From assembly GCA_951406725.2 (NCBI GenBank), contig OX597818.1, positions 4,216,001-4,280,000 on the forward strand: a stretch of DNA of 64,000 nucleotides. Direction: 5' to 3'. The translations under genes and the position numbers were made by a program. Position 1 is the stretch's first letter; each line of letters opens with the position of its first letter. The DNA is from Octopus vulgaris (taxonomy: Eukaryota). The notes under the pieces were generated by a model. It ran no database searches and had not been told where the DNA came from. It saw only the letters and a list, made by a program, of their open reading frames with translations. Positions 12,645 through 25,210 of this stretch are shown in pieces.

Positions 12645-13110
12645 TCATCCTCCCCCGCATCATTATTTAATGTCTGTTGTCCATGGTGGAATGGGTTGGA
12701 TGGCTTAACTAGGGCTGGTAAGCTGAGGGGCTGCACCAGACTCCAGTTGGATTTAGTATGGTATCTATGGCTGGATGACTTTCCTAATGCCAAACATCCA
12801 AGAGTGAAATGGGTATTTTTGCATACCACTGGCACAGGTGCCATTTGTGTGACATCAGTTTCTGCCATGACTACGATTTCACTTGACTTGATGGGTCTTC
12901 TTCTCAAGCACAGAATATTGCCAAAGGTCTCGGACATATGTCATTGCCCCCGTGAGGCCCAACACTCAAAGGATGCTTCTTACGTGCAACCAGCATGGGT
13001 GCTAGCTAAGTGACACCAGCATTGGCCATATTGCCTCAATGTGGCCCAACACACAAAAGGTGCTTTTTATATGTCACCAGAACAAGTACCAATTATGTGA
13101 CACCAACAAC
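12645..13110 (-). mobile_element. RTE-LINE 3'-end-derived element
   Basis: Reverse complement of the 3' UTR at 14860-15292 (ggcattaggaa..catccagcc, ctggtgcagcc, ccatccaaccc, (GAT)n-like tail). Confidence 0.7.
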
Positions 13111-14352
13111 AGCCAGAGGATTATTGCAGATACAAGTTTGACAGTTTCTCTGTCAGATTCCAAAAAGTAAACACCAGGAATAAAGAAGTATTATAATTTT
13201 AGGAAGGGCATGAATGTTACAACTTCTAATTTCTTCCTGTCTATGCATTTTAAACTCCATACCTAAAAAACCCTATTATTACACCATATTATGGCAGTAG
13301 AAATGCCTGAGTGAGTACAGAAACAATCTTGGTACATTAACTGCTCTAATCCAATGTCTCGGTGTCCAAATTTAAAATTCTTCCACCTTAGCTTTACTTT
13401 TCATCCTTTTGAAGTTGATAAAGTAATTACCAAAATGATACTGATATCAATTGTATCAACTGTACTTCCTTGCCTCCATCTTATAAATTAGCCATGCATC
13501 TAAGAAATACACTCTCTAAGAACACCATTAATTGTAGATGTAATAGGATAGTTCACTGTAAAATGTGAACTATCACTGTAAAATGTGAACTAAGAGCACA
13601 TAAGGGCCTTGTGTGCTCTTAGTAGTACCAAGACTAAACTCCTTCTCATCACACTTTTACCAGGGAATGAAACTTTGAAGATATACCAACAGAAACTATT
13701 TTACTGCTGACGCTGATATTAATAAAACAGAATTAAAAATAGCCACAAGGAGTAAAAGAACAATTACTTTAGGTTACAAAGTAAGAAAGTAAATGCATTT
13801 ACTTTCTAAAACCTGACAGGGAAATTTTCATTTATAATAGCAACAAATTTATGGTATATTGTGATGACAAAATGCTTTACTCAGCTGTCAGCCATCAACC
13901 AAACCTTAAAAATAAGTTTCCTATCAATATTTTTGTTTAACATAAGCCTTTACTGAATCTTGAGGATCTATAATGCCAGCACTTATCTCTGGTTTTTATA
14001 GCATTAAAGAGAACCTCAGATGATCTTCACTTATAAGATAGCAAATCATTGAAGACTTTTATTGTACAGCCATTGCTTACAATCCAGAGTAATCATGTAG
14101 AGTTAGGTGTGCTTGGTAAATGTCTTGCACATGAGCACAACACAGTGTTAAGCAACAAAAAATACTGATCTTTTGTCCAGCGCTATACTTATTTAGTTAT
14201 ACACAATAAACTGAGAAATTGAAAATAGAAACATTAAAATTCTTACAGCTGAAAGTAACAACAATCCTGGTGGCAATCAACACAAGTGGTCTAGCCAACC
14301 AATGCAAGAAAAATAAAAATAAACCTTTTCTTATCAGTACTGTTAATATCCT

Positions 14353-15292
14353 TCATACATCATAGTCTACATGGTAACTGATACACGAGAGCATAGCTGT
14401 GAAAATAGGAATAGGTTGGGCAAAGTTCAGAGAGCTCCTACCTCTGTTGGCAGCAAAAACAGCTATGCTACATAGCAGTGAAACATGGACTGTGACAGCC
14501 AAGGACATGCGTAGGCTTGAAAGAAATGAAGCCAGCATGCTTCACTGAATGTGCAATGTCAATGTGCATGTTTGACAGAGTGTAAGCATCTTGAGAGAAA
14601 AGTTGGGCATAAGAGGCATCAGATGTGATGTGCAAAAGAGACAACTGCACTGGTATGGTCAAGTGATGCGTATGGATGAGGACAGTTGTATAAAGAAGTG
14701 ACAATCACTAACTGTTGAGGGAACCTGTGGTAGAGGTAGACCCAGGAAGACATGGGAGGAGTTGGTGAAGCATGATCTTCGAACTTTGGGCCTCACAGAG
14801 GCAATGACTAGTGACTGAGACCTTTGGCAATATGCTGTGCATGAGAAAACCTATCAAGCCAAGTGAAATCGTAGTCATGGCCAATGATGGTGTCACATAA
14901 CTGGCATGTAAAAAGCACCTTCAGAGCATTGGGCCTCATGGAGGCAAAGTGGCTGATGCTGGTGGCATATGAAAAGTTCCTTTCGAGGGTTGGGCCTCAT
15001 GGAGGCAATGACGAATGACTGAGACCTTTGGCATTATGCTGTGCTGGAGGAGAAGAACCATCAAGCCAAGTAAAATTGCAGTCATGACAAATGGCACATG
15101 TGCCAGTGGAATGTAAGAGCACCCATTATATTCTCTGAGTGGTTGGCATTAGGAAGGTCATCCAGCCATAAAAGCCATGCCAAATCAGACTGGAGTCTGG
15201 TGCAGCCTTCCAGCTTACTAGTCCTGGTCAAACCGTCCAACCCATGCCAGCAGAGACAACAGATGTTAAATGATGATGATGATGATGATGAT
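14353..15292 (+). mobile_element. 5'-truncated RTE-clade LINE with (GAT)n tail
   Basis: Broken RT C-terminus (AMLHSSETW..., LHWYGQVMRM, RGRPRKTW) followed by a 3' UTR ending gttaaatgatgatgatgat. Confidence 0.85.
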
Positions 15293-15479
15293 AATAAGGC
15301 TTATTTGTTTATGATATACATAATGAAATATTCTAATACTAATGTCACTCAGTCTATGCTTCCATATGACACAAAAATAACATAAGTAGAAAAGTCAGAA
15401 ATTGGTGGTGATAAACAGTAGCAATGTGATGAATGGCATAGGTATACTACTGGAGGAAAATGAGGAGATAAAGTGACTG

Positions 15480-15770
15480 AGATAGTATGTGTAACAGAAT
15501 AATTAAACTGACTAGAGCTGGAAAATACAGCAGTGACATTTATCTCTGCATACGTTCCACAATTTGGACTGATTCCATGAAACCTTTATATGAACTACCT
15601 TGCTGAGAGATGACAGTGACATCATCATCATCATCATCATAGCTGGAGACTTCAACAGACAAGTTGGACAACATTATAAGAGATTTTGTGGTGTGCAAGG
15701 GGGTTATGTCTTTTGTTCAAGAAATGAAGATAGGAAAAGGCTCTTGGAGTTCTGTGACACTAAGGACTCA
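15480..15770 (+). pseudogene. RTE-type APE endonuclease remnant
   Basis: ISAYVPQ and IIAGDFN.QVG...RNEDRKRLLEFC motifs. Confidence 0.7.
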
Positions 15771-16037
15771 ACATTTTTCACTACTTCATCTCAAGCCTTC
15801 CTCTGTCTCACACTTCCACAGGTACATTTGAACATTTGGCACTTACTTATGCATCTGTTGTCCTCCATAGTCTTCTCATATGTTACATTTGATTTCTCTT
15901 ATATCCAGTTTGTCTTTCAGAAAAAATATAGATATTAGTATGCATTATGTGGGTTTATATGCCCTAATAGTGTCTATCTTCTGTTATCAATATACGGTGA
16001 AACCTTATCATTCTATTTACAATATTTTCACATGCTA

Positions 16038-16290
16038 AGGCGTCGAGCTGACAGAAATGTTAGCATGCCAGGCGAAATGCTTCGTCTGTCTTTACATTTG
16101 TCTTTATGTTCTGCATTCAAACGTATTTTGTCTGTCTTTACGTTCTAAGTTCAAATTCCGCCAAGATCGACTTTACCATTCATCCTTTCAGGGTTGATAA
16201 ATTAAGTACAAGTTGCGTACTAGGGCTGATCTAAATGATTGCCCCCCCCCTAAAAATTTGGGGCCTTGTGCCTAGAGAAGAAAAGAATAT
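16038..16290 (+). mobile_element. tRNA-derived SINE with Meta/MESC-like core
   Basis: B-box-like agttcaaattcc followed by ttcatcctttcagggttgataaattaagtac. Confidence 0.65.
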
Positions 16291-17833
16291 TTTCATTTGC
16301 TACTCTTTCCTAATTCATGCAGAATTCACACATGTTTACACATTTACTGCAATGAAATCATAGTTCCTAAATTTAAGGGTAAAAATAAAAAGTGTAGGTA
16401 TGATGGTATAATTAGTCAGTATACTTATTGCAAAAATAAGAGGTGTGAGTTTGATTCTCATGCATACTATGCTTATTTTATTCATTATGTGGGTTTATAT
16501 GCCCTAATAGCAGACTATTTTCTATAGTCAATATACAAAGCTTATAATTCAATTTCCAAGATATATATATATACTAGCATTATGACCCGTCGTTGCCGGG
16601 TCATAGTGCTAGTACATGTATATATGTGTATATATATGTGTACATATTACATGTACATCTATATATATACATCTACACATAAAATACAAAGTTATATCTT
16701 GATATCGCTAGTGATAACAATACTCCAAATATATAACAGACTGGAATTGTAAGCCCGTCTCTTGCAATTTTGATCAATTGTATCTTGTCCTCCCTCTTGT
16801 ATAGAAGTGTGGCTACAATCTAGCCTACCTCTACTTCTGGTGGGGGGATCATTTTAAATTTTTATCTGGCATGTCCTACATCCCAGATATAAAGGTAAAA
16901 ATAAAATATTTCCACTTTGCAAGTTCGAGTCGAATACTCCCTTGCACGCTCCATTGACTCGAACCTTGCTTCTGTTGTGGCGAATTTATCGCTTCTGGTT
17001 AGATATCTTTCATAGTCGCACCAAGACACTTTTCGATGGTGCTTTCCTCCAGGTGTTCAAATCTTTTTTCTCTACATTGTATACTTTATAGACAACTAGC
17101 ATTAAAGACCCGTCGTTGCCGGGTCATAGTGCTAGTGCATGTATATATGTGTATATATATGTGTACATATTACATGTACATCTATATATACACATCTACA
17201 CATAAAATACAAAATACAAAGTTATATCTTGATATCGCTAGTGATAACAATACTCAAAATATATAACAGACTGGAATTGTTAGCCCGTCTCTTGTAATTT
17301 CGATCAATTGTATCTTGTCCTCCCTCTTGTATAGAAGTGTGGCTACAATCCAGCCTACCTCTACTTCTGGGGTGGGGGAGCATTTTTAATTTTTTTCCAG
17401 GACGTCCTACGTCCCAGATATAAAAGGTAAAAATAAAATATTTCCACTTTGCAAGTTCGAGTCGAGTACTCCCTTGCACGCTCCGTTGACTCGAACCTTG
17501 CTTCTATTGTGGTGAATTTACCGCCTCTGATTAGATACCTTTCATAGTCACACCAAGACACTTTTCGAAGGTGCTTTCCTCCATGTTGTTTTATTATTAC
17601 CCACAAGGGGCGAACATAGATGGGACAATACAATCTGATGATGGGGTCAGATAAATGAATGGGTTTTACAACAAAGCGAATTTTAAAAATTTACAGAAAA
17701 ATTACAAAAATAGACAGAAATCGAATGTTGGAACAGACCGGAAGACATTACGGGTGGAGTGGGAGTGGGTTTAGCTCGGACCCCACGAGCCCCGCCTCCC
17801 CACTGATACTTTTGGTTTCGTTTGGTTTTACAT

Positions 17834-20800
17834 TTATGTTGTATCATTCACTCGCAACTTTCGTGCTATATCTTTCCATCTTTCTTCATACACTCTCTTA
17901 GTCAGGCATATTCTCTCCAGCCCTATCTTCCTTTTCAGGTGAAAGATGAAGTAATTCATCAAACCAGGGCCGGAGATGAACTTGCCTGACTGTAAACCTT
18001 TCATTCTCGTCTTCCATATCACCTCTTTCGCAATTGCTACTACAACGAGAAAACGAAACTTACCTTCATTCGCGAGGAAATCCGGTGGGTCAATTTTTGT
18101 AATCGACTCAGTCGACAGCTGTACTTTTCGTGTACTTGACAACAGCTGTTCGGCATAAACCCACACCTCAGACACGTCCGGACAATGAACAATAGCGTGC
18201 GGGACGGTTTCCCTATCCCGCCCGCATCTTGGACATATCGGACTGTCTTGGCCACCGTGCCTTGCGAGTTTATCCCGAACAGGTAGAGCTCCTCTGTAGC
18301 ATTGCCATGCCAGAGACTTCTGGAAATTGTCCAGTGTCTTCGGCTTGAACGTACGTCGGAACAGACTGGCCAGCTGATTATCGTCGAGACCTAGATATTC
18401 CCCCAAGGTATCTTCACATTCCGCCTCTACCAACCCTCTATAGAAGAATGTGGTGGAACCCCCACCGCAGGCGTTGCCCGAGCGACGGAATAGCAGGAGA
18501 GCCTTGCGACACTCCGTGTACCAAGTACCAAGTTTCGATCTACGATTCAGCCAGGTTTCCCATCCACCGAAACTAGTGAACTTGGGAAACATCAGTTTTG
18601 CTAGCGGAGACCACACCCGTTCACCATCCAGGTAGAGCCACAGATGTCTTAACCTCAGCGCATGTCTGCGCATCATCAGCCAAGGCATCCCTAGCCCACC
18701 CTTTAACGGTTGTTGACAGCAAGTAGAGCGTTTCACTAGTGGTTTCCCGCCCTTCCACAAGAAGTAGAAGAGCTGTCTTTCCAACTTGATTAACCACGAA
18801 TCAAGGCAAGGAACGACGGAAAGGCGGTAGGTGATAACCGATGCGATAAACACATTGGCCACCTCTGCCCTCCCTTTCAGGGATAGCCACCGTCAAGACC
18901 AGGTCTTGGTTTCTGTAGCCACCCTGCTCGATACCTCGCCCCAATTCTTCTCTATTTGGAGGTCTGGACCGAACCAGACCCCTAGCAATTTAATCGGACC
19001 CTCCGTCCAATGTCCCACGACGCTGTCAGGAGGCATCGACTTGCCTCTCCAGGTGCCGAGTTGCAAGCCGACTGACTTTTCGCGATTAACTTTTGCTCCT
19101 GTCACCGTCTCGTAAACCTCTATGGCCTTGCCTACTTTACGTAGGTGGTCCATTTCGGTTACGATGATGGTGATGTCATCCGCGTACGCTGACACCGATT
19201 TTCGACTACCTGGCTGTCTCGGGATGCCGCTCAGTTTTCGCAGTAATGGCTCAAGAGCCATCGCATACAAAAGCGGGGAGAGCGGACACCCTTGACGAAC
19301 CGAGCGCTCGATTTTGAACGGCTTCGACAAGAAGCCGTTCACCCGAACTACCGAGTCGATGTTATCATAAATTTGGATAATCCACCTGAGGAAGCCAAGG
19401 CTCAGCCCGAACTGTGCCAGAGCAGATACCAGGTAACGATGGTCGACCCTATCAAATGCTTTAGATTGGTCTAAATGGACCAGAGCCCCACCCTTGCCAG
19501 AATCGTTATTAAACCCCTCTATAGTGTACCGCATAAGATGGAGATTATCCTGAATGGTTCTGCCAGGAACGGCACATGTCTGTGCCTCCCCGATCAGACC
19601 ATCCGCGACACGCGCCAATCTTTTCGATAACACTTTGGCCAAAATCTTCAACTCCGTGTTTAGCAGAGTGATGGGCCTGAAATTATCAATGCACTCCCCC
19701 TTGCTCGGGTCCTTTCTGACGAGTGTCACTACTCCCCGGCGCACAGATCTGGGTATAAGCCCGTTCTGCTGCCAGTTCGCATAGACCTCCGCCAGTAGGT
19801 GCCCGAACAAGTCTGGCATACTCTTATATAACTCATAGGGTAGACCATCCAAACCCGGCGCCTTGCCTGCGCCGCAGTCCGCCATTGCCTCAACCACTTC
19901 CTCAGGCGTGATTGGCCCTTCACAGCCCTCCGCATCTCGCCCCGATAAGCGTGGCAGCCCGTCGAGTAGGTCCGTAAAGACCCTCCTCCTATCCAGTCCG
20001 CCGCACTCACCGAAAAGCTGAGCGAAGTGCTCCTGAAAGGCCTCACACGTCTCCTCGGGCTCGTTTATCAACTCACCTTGTTGGTTCGTCAAAGATCGAA
20101 TCGTGGCATCGTTACCATGCTGAGCTTCCACCACTCGGGCCCATCTCATGGCGTTGATTCCTTCACAACCCATATGGCGGATCCTAGCCCTGACAATGCA
20201 GCCCATGTGTTTGGCCTCGAGGTGCTGGTTTAACACCAGTCTCTTGGACGCCACCTGAGCCGCAGAGCCAGTTTTCAAGGCTTCCTCTAATTCCTTAACT
20301 AGAGTAGTTTCCCTTCTAGCCTCTCTAGCCACTACTCCTATGCTATATCTAATTGACTCGAACTTGATGGCTCGTTTGAGGGCGTACCACCATTTGTTAT
20401 TAATGATGGTACCAGATAGTGCCCTCTGAATTATATTCCTAATCCAGTCTTTGTACTCCTTAATCGCCAAAAGGGACGTATTAAGTTTCCAGTAACCGGA
20501 TCCTCTATTTTTAACCTTATCTATGTCAAGCTTACAGGTGACCATTTTATGATCACTGTAGCTGATCGGGTAAAACTGTGGACACTTAGCTATTTTTCTG
20601 TCTACTTTTCTAATTAGTATTCTATCTAAATATGACCTGGAAGATCCGTCGCTGTTTGACCATGTCCACAATGGAGCGTTCGGAAATTCCAGCCTATAAG
20701 GATCTGCTAGCTCAAAGCGGCTTAGCAGTTCCATGAAGCCACTGTTACCTTTTCTATCTGAACGCGAGCCAACACAATCTACATCCGCTTTGCAAATTGT

Positions 20801-21229
20801 GTTAAAGTCTCCTAGCACAACTAATGAATGCGAAGTACCAAGAAAGTTTTCTAGTTCACGAAAATAATCACTTTGCCCTGTACTGTTGGGTGCGTAAATT
20901 GCAACCAGTCTGATAACTTTACCGTTACTGAACGTCAAATCCATGACGACCAGCCTACCTTCTGGATCTGCAAAAATTAACTTTTTCTCAGAAACCCGGT
21001 TTCTTTTTATTAGGACCAACACCCCACTTCCACCAGTAGGACTGCCAGGAGAGAAAAAACTCTCGTAGCCGTCAAACAGCGGGAGTAGACCTCTTGGCCC
21101 CTCTAACCGGGTTTCTGTAGCAACAATAACATCTAAATTACGCGACCTGTTATCATGCAGGAAGCGACCTTGCTTCCAGCCTGCTCCCAGGCTGCGCACA
21201 TTCAAACAACCAACATAAATGCAATCCAT
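17834..21229 (-). CDS. LINE ORF2: APE endonuclease, reverse transcriptase and C-terminal zinc finger (one frameshift near 18890)
   Basis: LNVRSL, ATETRL, LGDFN and YSDH (APE). PGLDG, FRPITLLN, LDQSKAFDRV, VRQGCPLSP and AYADD (RT). CPRC...ETVPHAIVHC. Confidence 0.92.
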
Positions 21230-21238
21230 TACTTACCT

Positions 21239-23338
21239 TTATATCAGTGGTTCGGTTTTCTCTTTTTCTTTTTTGTTTAACTCTTTTTCAGGGCCTCGTG
21301 GGGGAGTCTGACGTAGGCCCTCGAATATATGTGGAGATGTCACATCCATTCTAAGTGGGCCTACGTCATGGAAGAATTCGGACTTTATCCGCCCGTAATC
21401 CTTCCGGCCTATTCTGTAAACTACATAGTCGTTCTTTTTCCCTATTTTCTCTACTTTGGCCATAGCTGCCAATACGTTCCCGAGTCTGTTGTTTGATGCC
21501 TTAACGGCCATATATGAGTTCATCGACTCTCTTTTCTTTTTTAAGTTCACTCTGGGAGGGGTGGTTTCCGTTTTTCTTTTTTTTCTGGTGATTTTTGCCC
21601 ACCCCTCCTCATTTTTCTTTTCCTCGCTCTTATTTTCCTCCGCCGCTGGTTCTGCTGTCTCCGTCACCTCCACACCTTCAGTCATCCCTTCTGGGCCGCC
21701 CAGCGCTGCTTCTGGTGACACTTTATCTTCTTTTCCATCTGGTTGAGGTGCTTCCTGCGGTTTGGGTTGGGGTTGGCATTCTGCCCTTACATGACCCTTC
21801 TTGCCGCAGCCGAAGCACCTCGGCTTTCTGCCCTCCACGAAAACTGTTATTCTCTCTTCACTTATTTTTAAAGTTTCTGGAATCTCCTCCAGTGTTTGAA
21901 CTTCCGCCTGAATGGCTATTACTATTTTCTGCCCTTTCCAAAATTCCTCTTCCTCCACTGTGGCCTGGAGGAAAAAACAAACATCCTCCAGGCCACAGTG
22001 GAGGAAGAGGAATTTTGGAAAGGGCAGAAAATAGTAATAGCCATTCAGCGGAAGTTCAAACACTGGAGGAGATTCCAGAAACTTTAAAAATAAGTGAAGA
22101 AGAGAGAATAACAGTTTTCGTGGAGGGCAGAAGCCGGGTGCTTCGGCTGCGGCAAGAAGGGTCATGTAAGGGCAGAATGCCAACCCTAACCCAAACCGCA
22201 GGAAGCACCTCAGCCAGATGGAAAAGAAGATAAAGTGTCACCAGAAGCAGCGCCGGGCGGCCCAGAAGGGACGACTGAAGGTGTGGAGGTGACGGAGACA
22301 ACAGAACCAGCGGCGGAGGAAAATAAGAGCGAGGAAAAAAAATGAGGAGGGGTGGGCAAAAATCACCAGAAAAAAAAAAACGGAAACCACCCTCCCAGAG
22401 TGAACTTAAAAAAGAAAAGAGAGTCGATGAACTCATATATGGCCGTTAAGGCATCAAACAACAGACTCGGGAACGTATTGGCAGCTATGGCCAAAGTAGA
22501 GAAAATAGGGAAAAAGAACGACTATGTAGTTTACAGAATAGGCCGGAAGGATTACGGGCGGATAAAGTCCGAATTCTTCCATGACGTAGGCCCACTTAGA
22601 ATGGATGTGACATCTCCACATATATTCGAGGGCCTACGTCAGACTCCCCCACGAGGCCCTGAAAAAGAGTTAAACAAAAAAGAAAAAGAGAAAACCGAAC
22701 CACTGTGGCCTGGAGGATGTTTATTTTTTCCTCCAGGCCTACCATCACTGCTGCCACCAGACATTCGGCATCTGCCTCTGGGGGAATGTTGTTCATCGTG
22801 ATTCTCGATGTTCTTTTCCCTCTATACAAGGGAGGAGAACAATGTTCTCCGCTTTAATCGGCTCCATAGATAGTTTTTTTGCTATCTCCTCTGTAGTAAA
22901 ACGCACCTCCACTGTGCCGTATCTCTTTCCTCTGTTAATGTAAGTTATCTTGTCCATTAATGGTTTTAGACAATTCTCTATTTTTTTTTCTTCAGTTTTT
23001 TGTATCATTTTTGTCATCGTGTTAAATGTCTTATAGATTATTCTTTGTTTTTCTATTTAATCGTGTTTTTGGACGTTTGTGACCACTGTCACTTCCGTGC
23101 CCTCTTTTGTGACACAGTCCGCATATTTTTTCAAGTCTTCCACGTTTATTTTTTTGATCTTTTTACCGGCCACTTCAGAGAATTTTTTTGCTGGAGCTGG
23201 TGCTGGTGCTGGGTTTTCCTTTTTCTTTGGCGACATCGCTTCTTTTTTCTTTGGCGACACCGCCTCTTTTTTCCTTGGCGACATTGCCGGAGACTCCTCT
23301 TCACTCGTCACGGGAGAATAAGAGATGGGGGACTCCAT
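21239..23338 (-). pseudogene. LINE ORF1 (RRM-like plus CCHC knuckle), disrupted by frameshifts and an inverted duplication
   Basis: Starts MESPISYSP at 23338. Contains RYGTVEVRF, SRITMNNIPP and RCFGCGKKGHVRAEC. Stop at 21239. Confidence 0.85.
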
Positions 23339-23562
23339 CTCGAACAGTTGGCTTAACAAGCCCTTGGTAACTTCAAGATGAATGATATTTTTCCCCCACG
23401 GAGGGGGGAACACCAACGCGAAGTCCTCGCGTGAAGGCTGACTTCGACAGTTAGACAGCAATAGACAAAAACAGGTAGACAAACAGTAGAGAATAACAGA
23501 GATAATAATACGACGGCAAAAATATATTAACTTACAATAAACGCAAATAGCTTTTCTCCATG

Positions 23563-25210
23563 TTATTTCTTTATTACCCACCAGGGGCTACGAAGATTGG
23601 CTTACATAACAAAACATGGGGGACATAGAACAAAATGATTAAATTTATGAGCAAATGAATATTAAAATGAAAAAATGATAATATGAAAGCGATGCTAACG
23701 GCCCCTCCGCCAGCATCACTTACCTGTCCTTTTGTTTTCACTGTCACCTGAATGTTCATTCCCAATACGTAGACCATCCATATCCATTCTTACTCCGAAA
23801 TACTCCTCCATATTTTCCACGAATTCATCGCTCATCCTTGTATCTTTCACCTCCCAATTCTCCCTTTCACACCTCAACACAAACTCATCTATATTCTTAT
23901 TTTCCAGCACTGCATATCTGGTCTCACCTATTTCATACCATTTATACTCTTCCATTACCCTTTTAACTTCTTTCTGTTCAGTCATAATATAAATGTTCGA
24001 CCTGGGTTCGTTTTCAAACTCTTGTCTGTCTGTATTATTTTTTTTCTTTTGTTTTCTTGTTGGAGGGGAGCGGGTGGGTTCACTGTCTGCAGGGATAGGG
24101 TGGGTCTCAGAGGGTGTGGGTGGTGTTGGGGTGGATTGGTGTTCTATGTTATTTTCTTTTCCTCGTATTCTCCTCTTCCTCTTATTCCCAGCTTCTTTCC
24201 ATTTCTGTGAATTCTCTTCTTCTACTGTCTCCTTCTCCTCTGGTTTCTGCTTCTCTCTCTGTGGTTCGGAATCCATTTCTTTCACTGGGGGAGGGCAGAA
24301 GGCTCTTATGTGACCCCTCAGGCCACACTTGTAACAACGTGGGGCTCTGCCCTCCACCCACACTCTCATGATCACGTCTCCCAATCTGATGCTTTCCGCC
24401 AGGTCCACCAGTACTTCGTTCTCTGCCTGCACGTTCAGTTCCACTGTTACGCCTCTCCAGCCCTCGGTCTTAACCGGGCATGGAGAATATCCACTTCCTC
24501 CTCGTGGCCGCTAATCACAGCCGCCACAATCCACTCGGCCTCAACGTTTGGTGGCACTCCCTCCACCATTACTCGTGTAATCCTTCTATTTAGATATGTA
24601 GGCAAAAGAGTTACCTTCTCGGATTTCACCGCCTTCGCCGCCATCTTCCTTGCTGCATTCTCACTTTTAAACTGTACCACTACAGTACCATACTTTGATC
24701 CTCGAGTCAGAAAATTAATTTCCTCCTCCGTTCTTCTCAGCGCCTCCTCTATCCACTCCATGTTTACAACTTCTATCTTCTTCCTTTCGTTTGCGAACAC
24801 CCTGTATATAATGGTCCTTTTATCATACCATTCTTTTCTCTTGGGTGTCGGTGCTAGTTCGACCTCACCGCTATCCTTTTTCATATATTTCTGGTAACTT
24901 GGCAGCTTGGCCAAGTCCACCCCTTTCTCTTCCGCCTTCTTGGTTACACCGGCATAGGTATAACCCAGCTTTCGATCCATCATTCTCACTGCCTGTTCCA
25001 GTTCCTCCTCAGACGTAGACAAGTCTGATAGGGAATCAAAGTCCATTTCCTTCTGTCTGACAGACCGAAAACGCCGCCCGAACAGAAAAAGTGTAACTCG
25101 TAGAACCAGTGTAACGCGAAACCGCATCAACGACGTTCAAAATTTCCACAACAACAACAATACTTTTTGTTCTTTTTTCTTTTTTAACCGAATTTTACAG
25201 AGCGCAAAAA
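23563..25210 (-). mobile_element. ORF1-only (HAL1-like) non-autonomous LINE relative, ~1.65 kb
   Basis: ORF1 at 25046-23716 (one frameshift near 24470) is homologous to the neighbouring ORF1 (KYGTVVVQF, TRVMVEGVPP, RCYKCGLRGHIRAFC). There is no ORF2. The 3' motif CCCCT.GTGGGTAATAA and the 5' motif TTTGCG..TGTAA are shared with the full LINE. CCATG flanks both ends. Confidence 0.8.

Larger units (their letters stand above)
17586..23549 (-). mobile_element. Full-length Tx1/L1-clade LINE with an internal inverted duplication
   Basis: ORF1 plus ORF2, flanked by a 13-bp TSD GCTTT(C/T)CTCCATG at 17573-17585 and 23550-23562 (one mismatch). Confidence 0.9.

Noticed and set aside
21595-22801. Plus-strand ORFs resembling ORF1 as a separate antisense gene
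   Set aside because: They are the inverted duplicate of the minus-strand ORF1.
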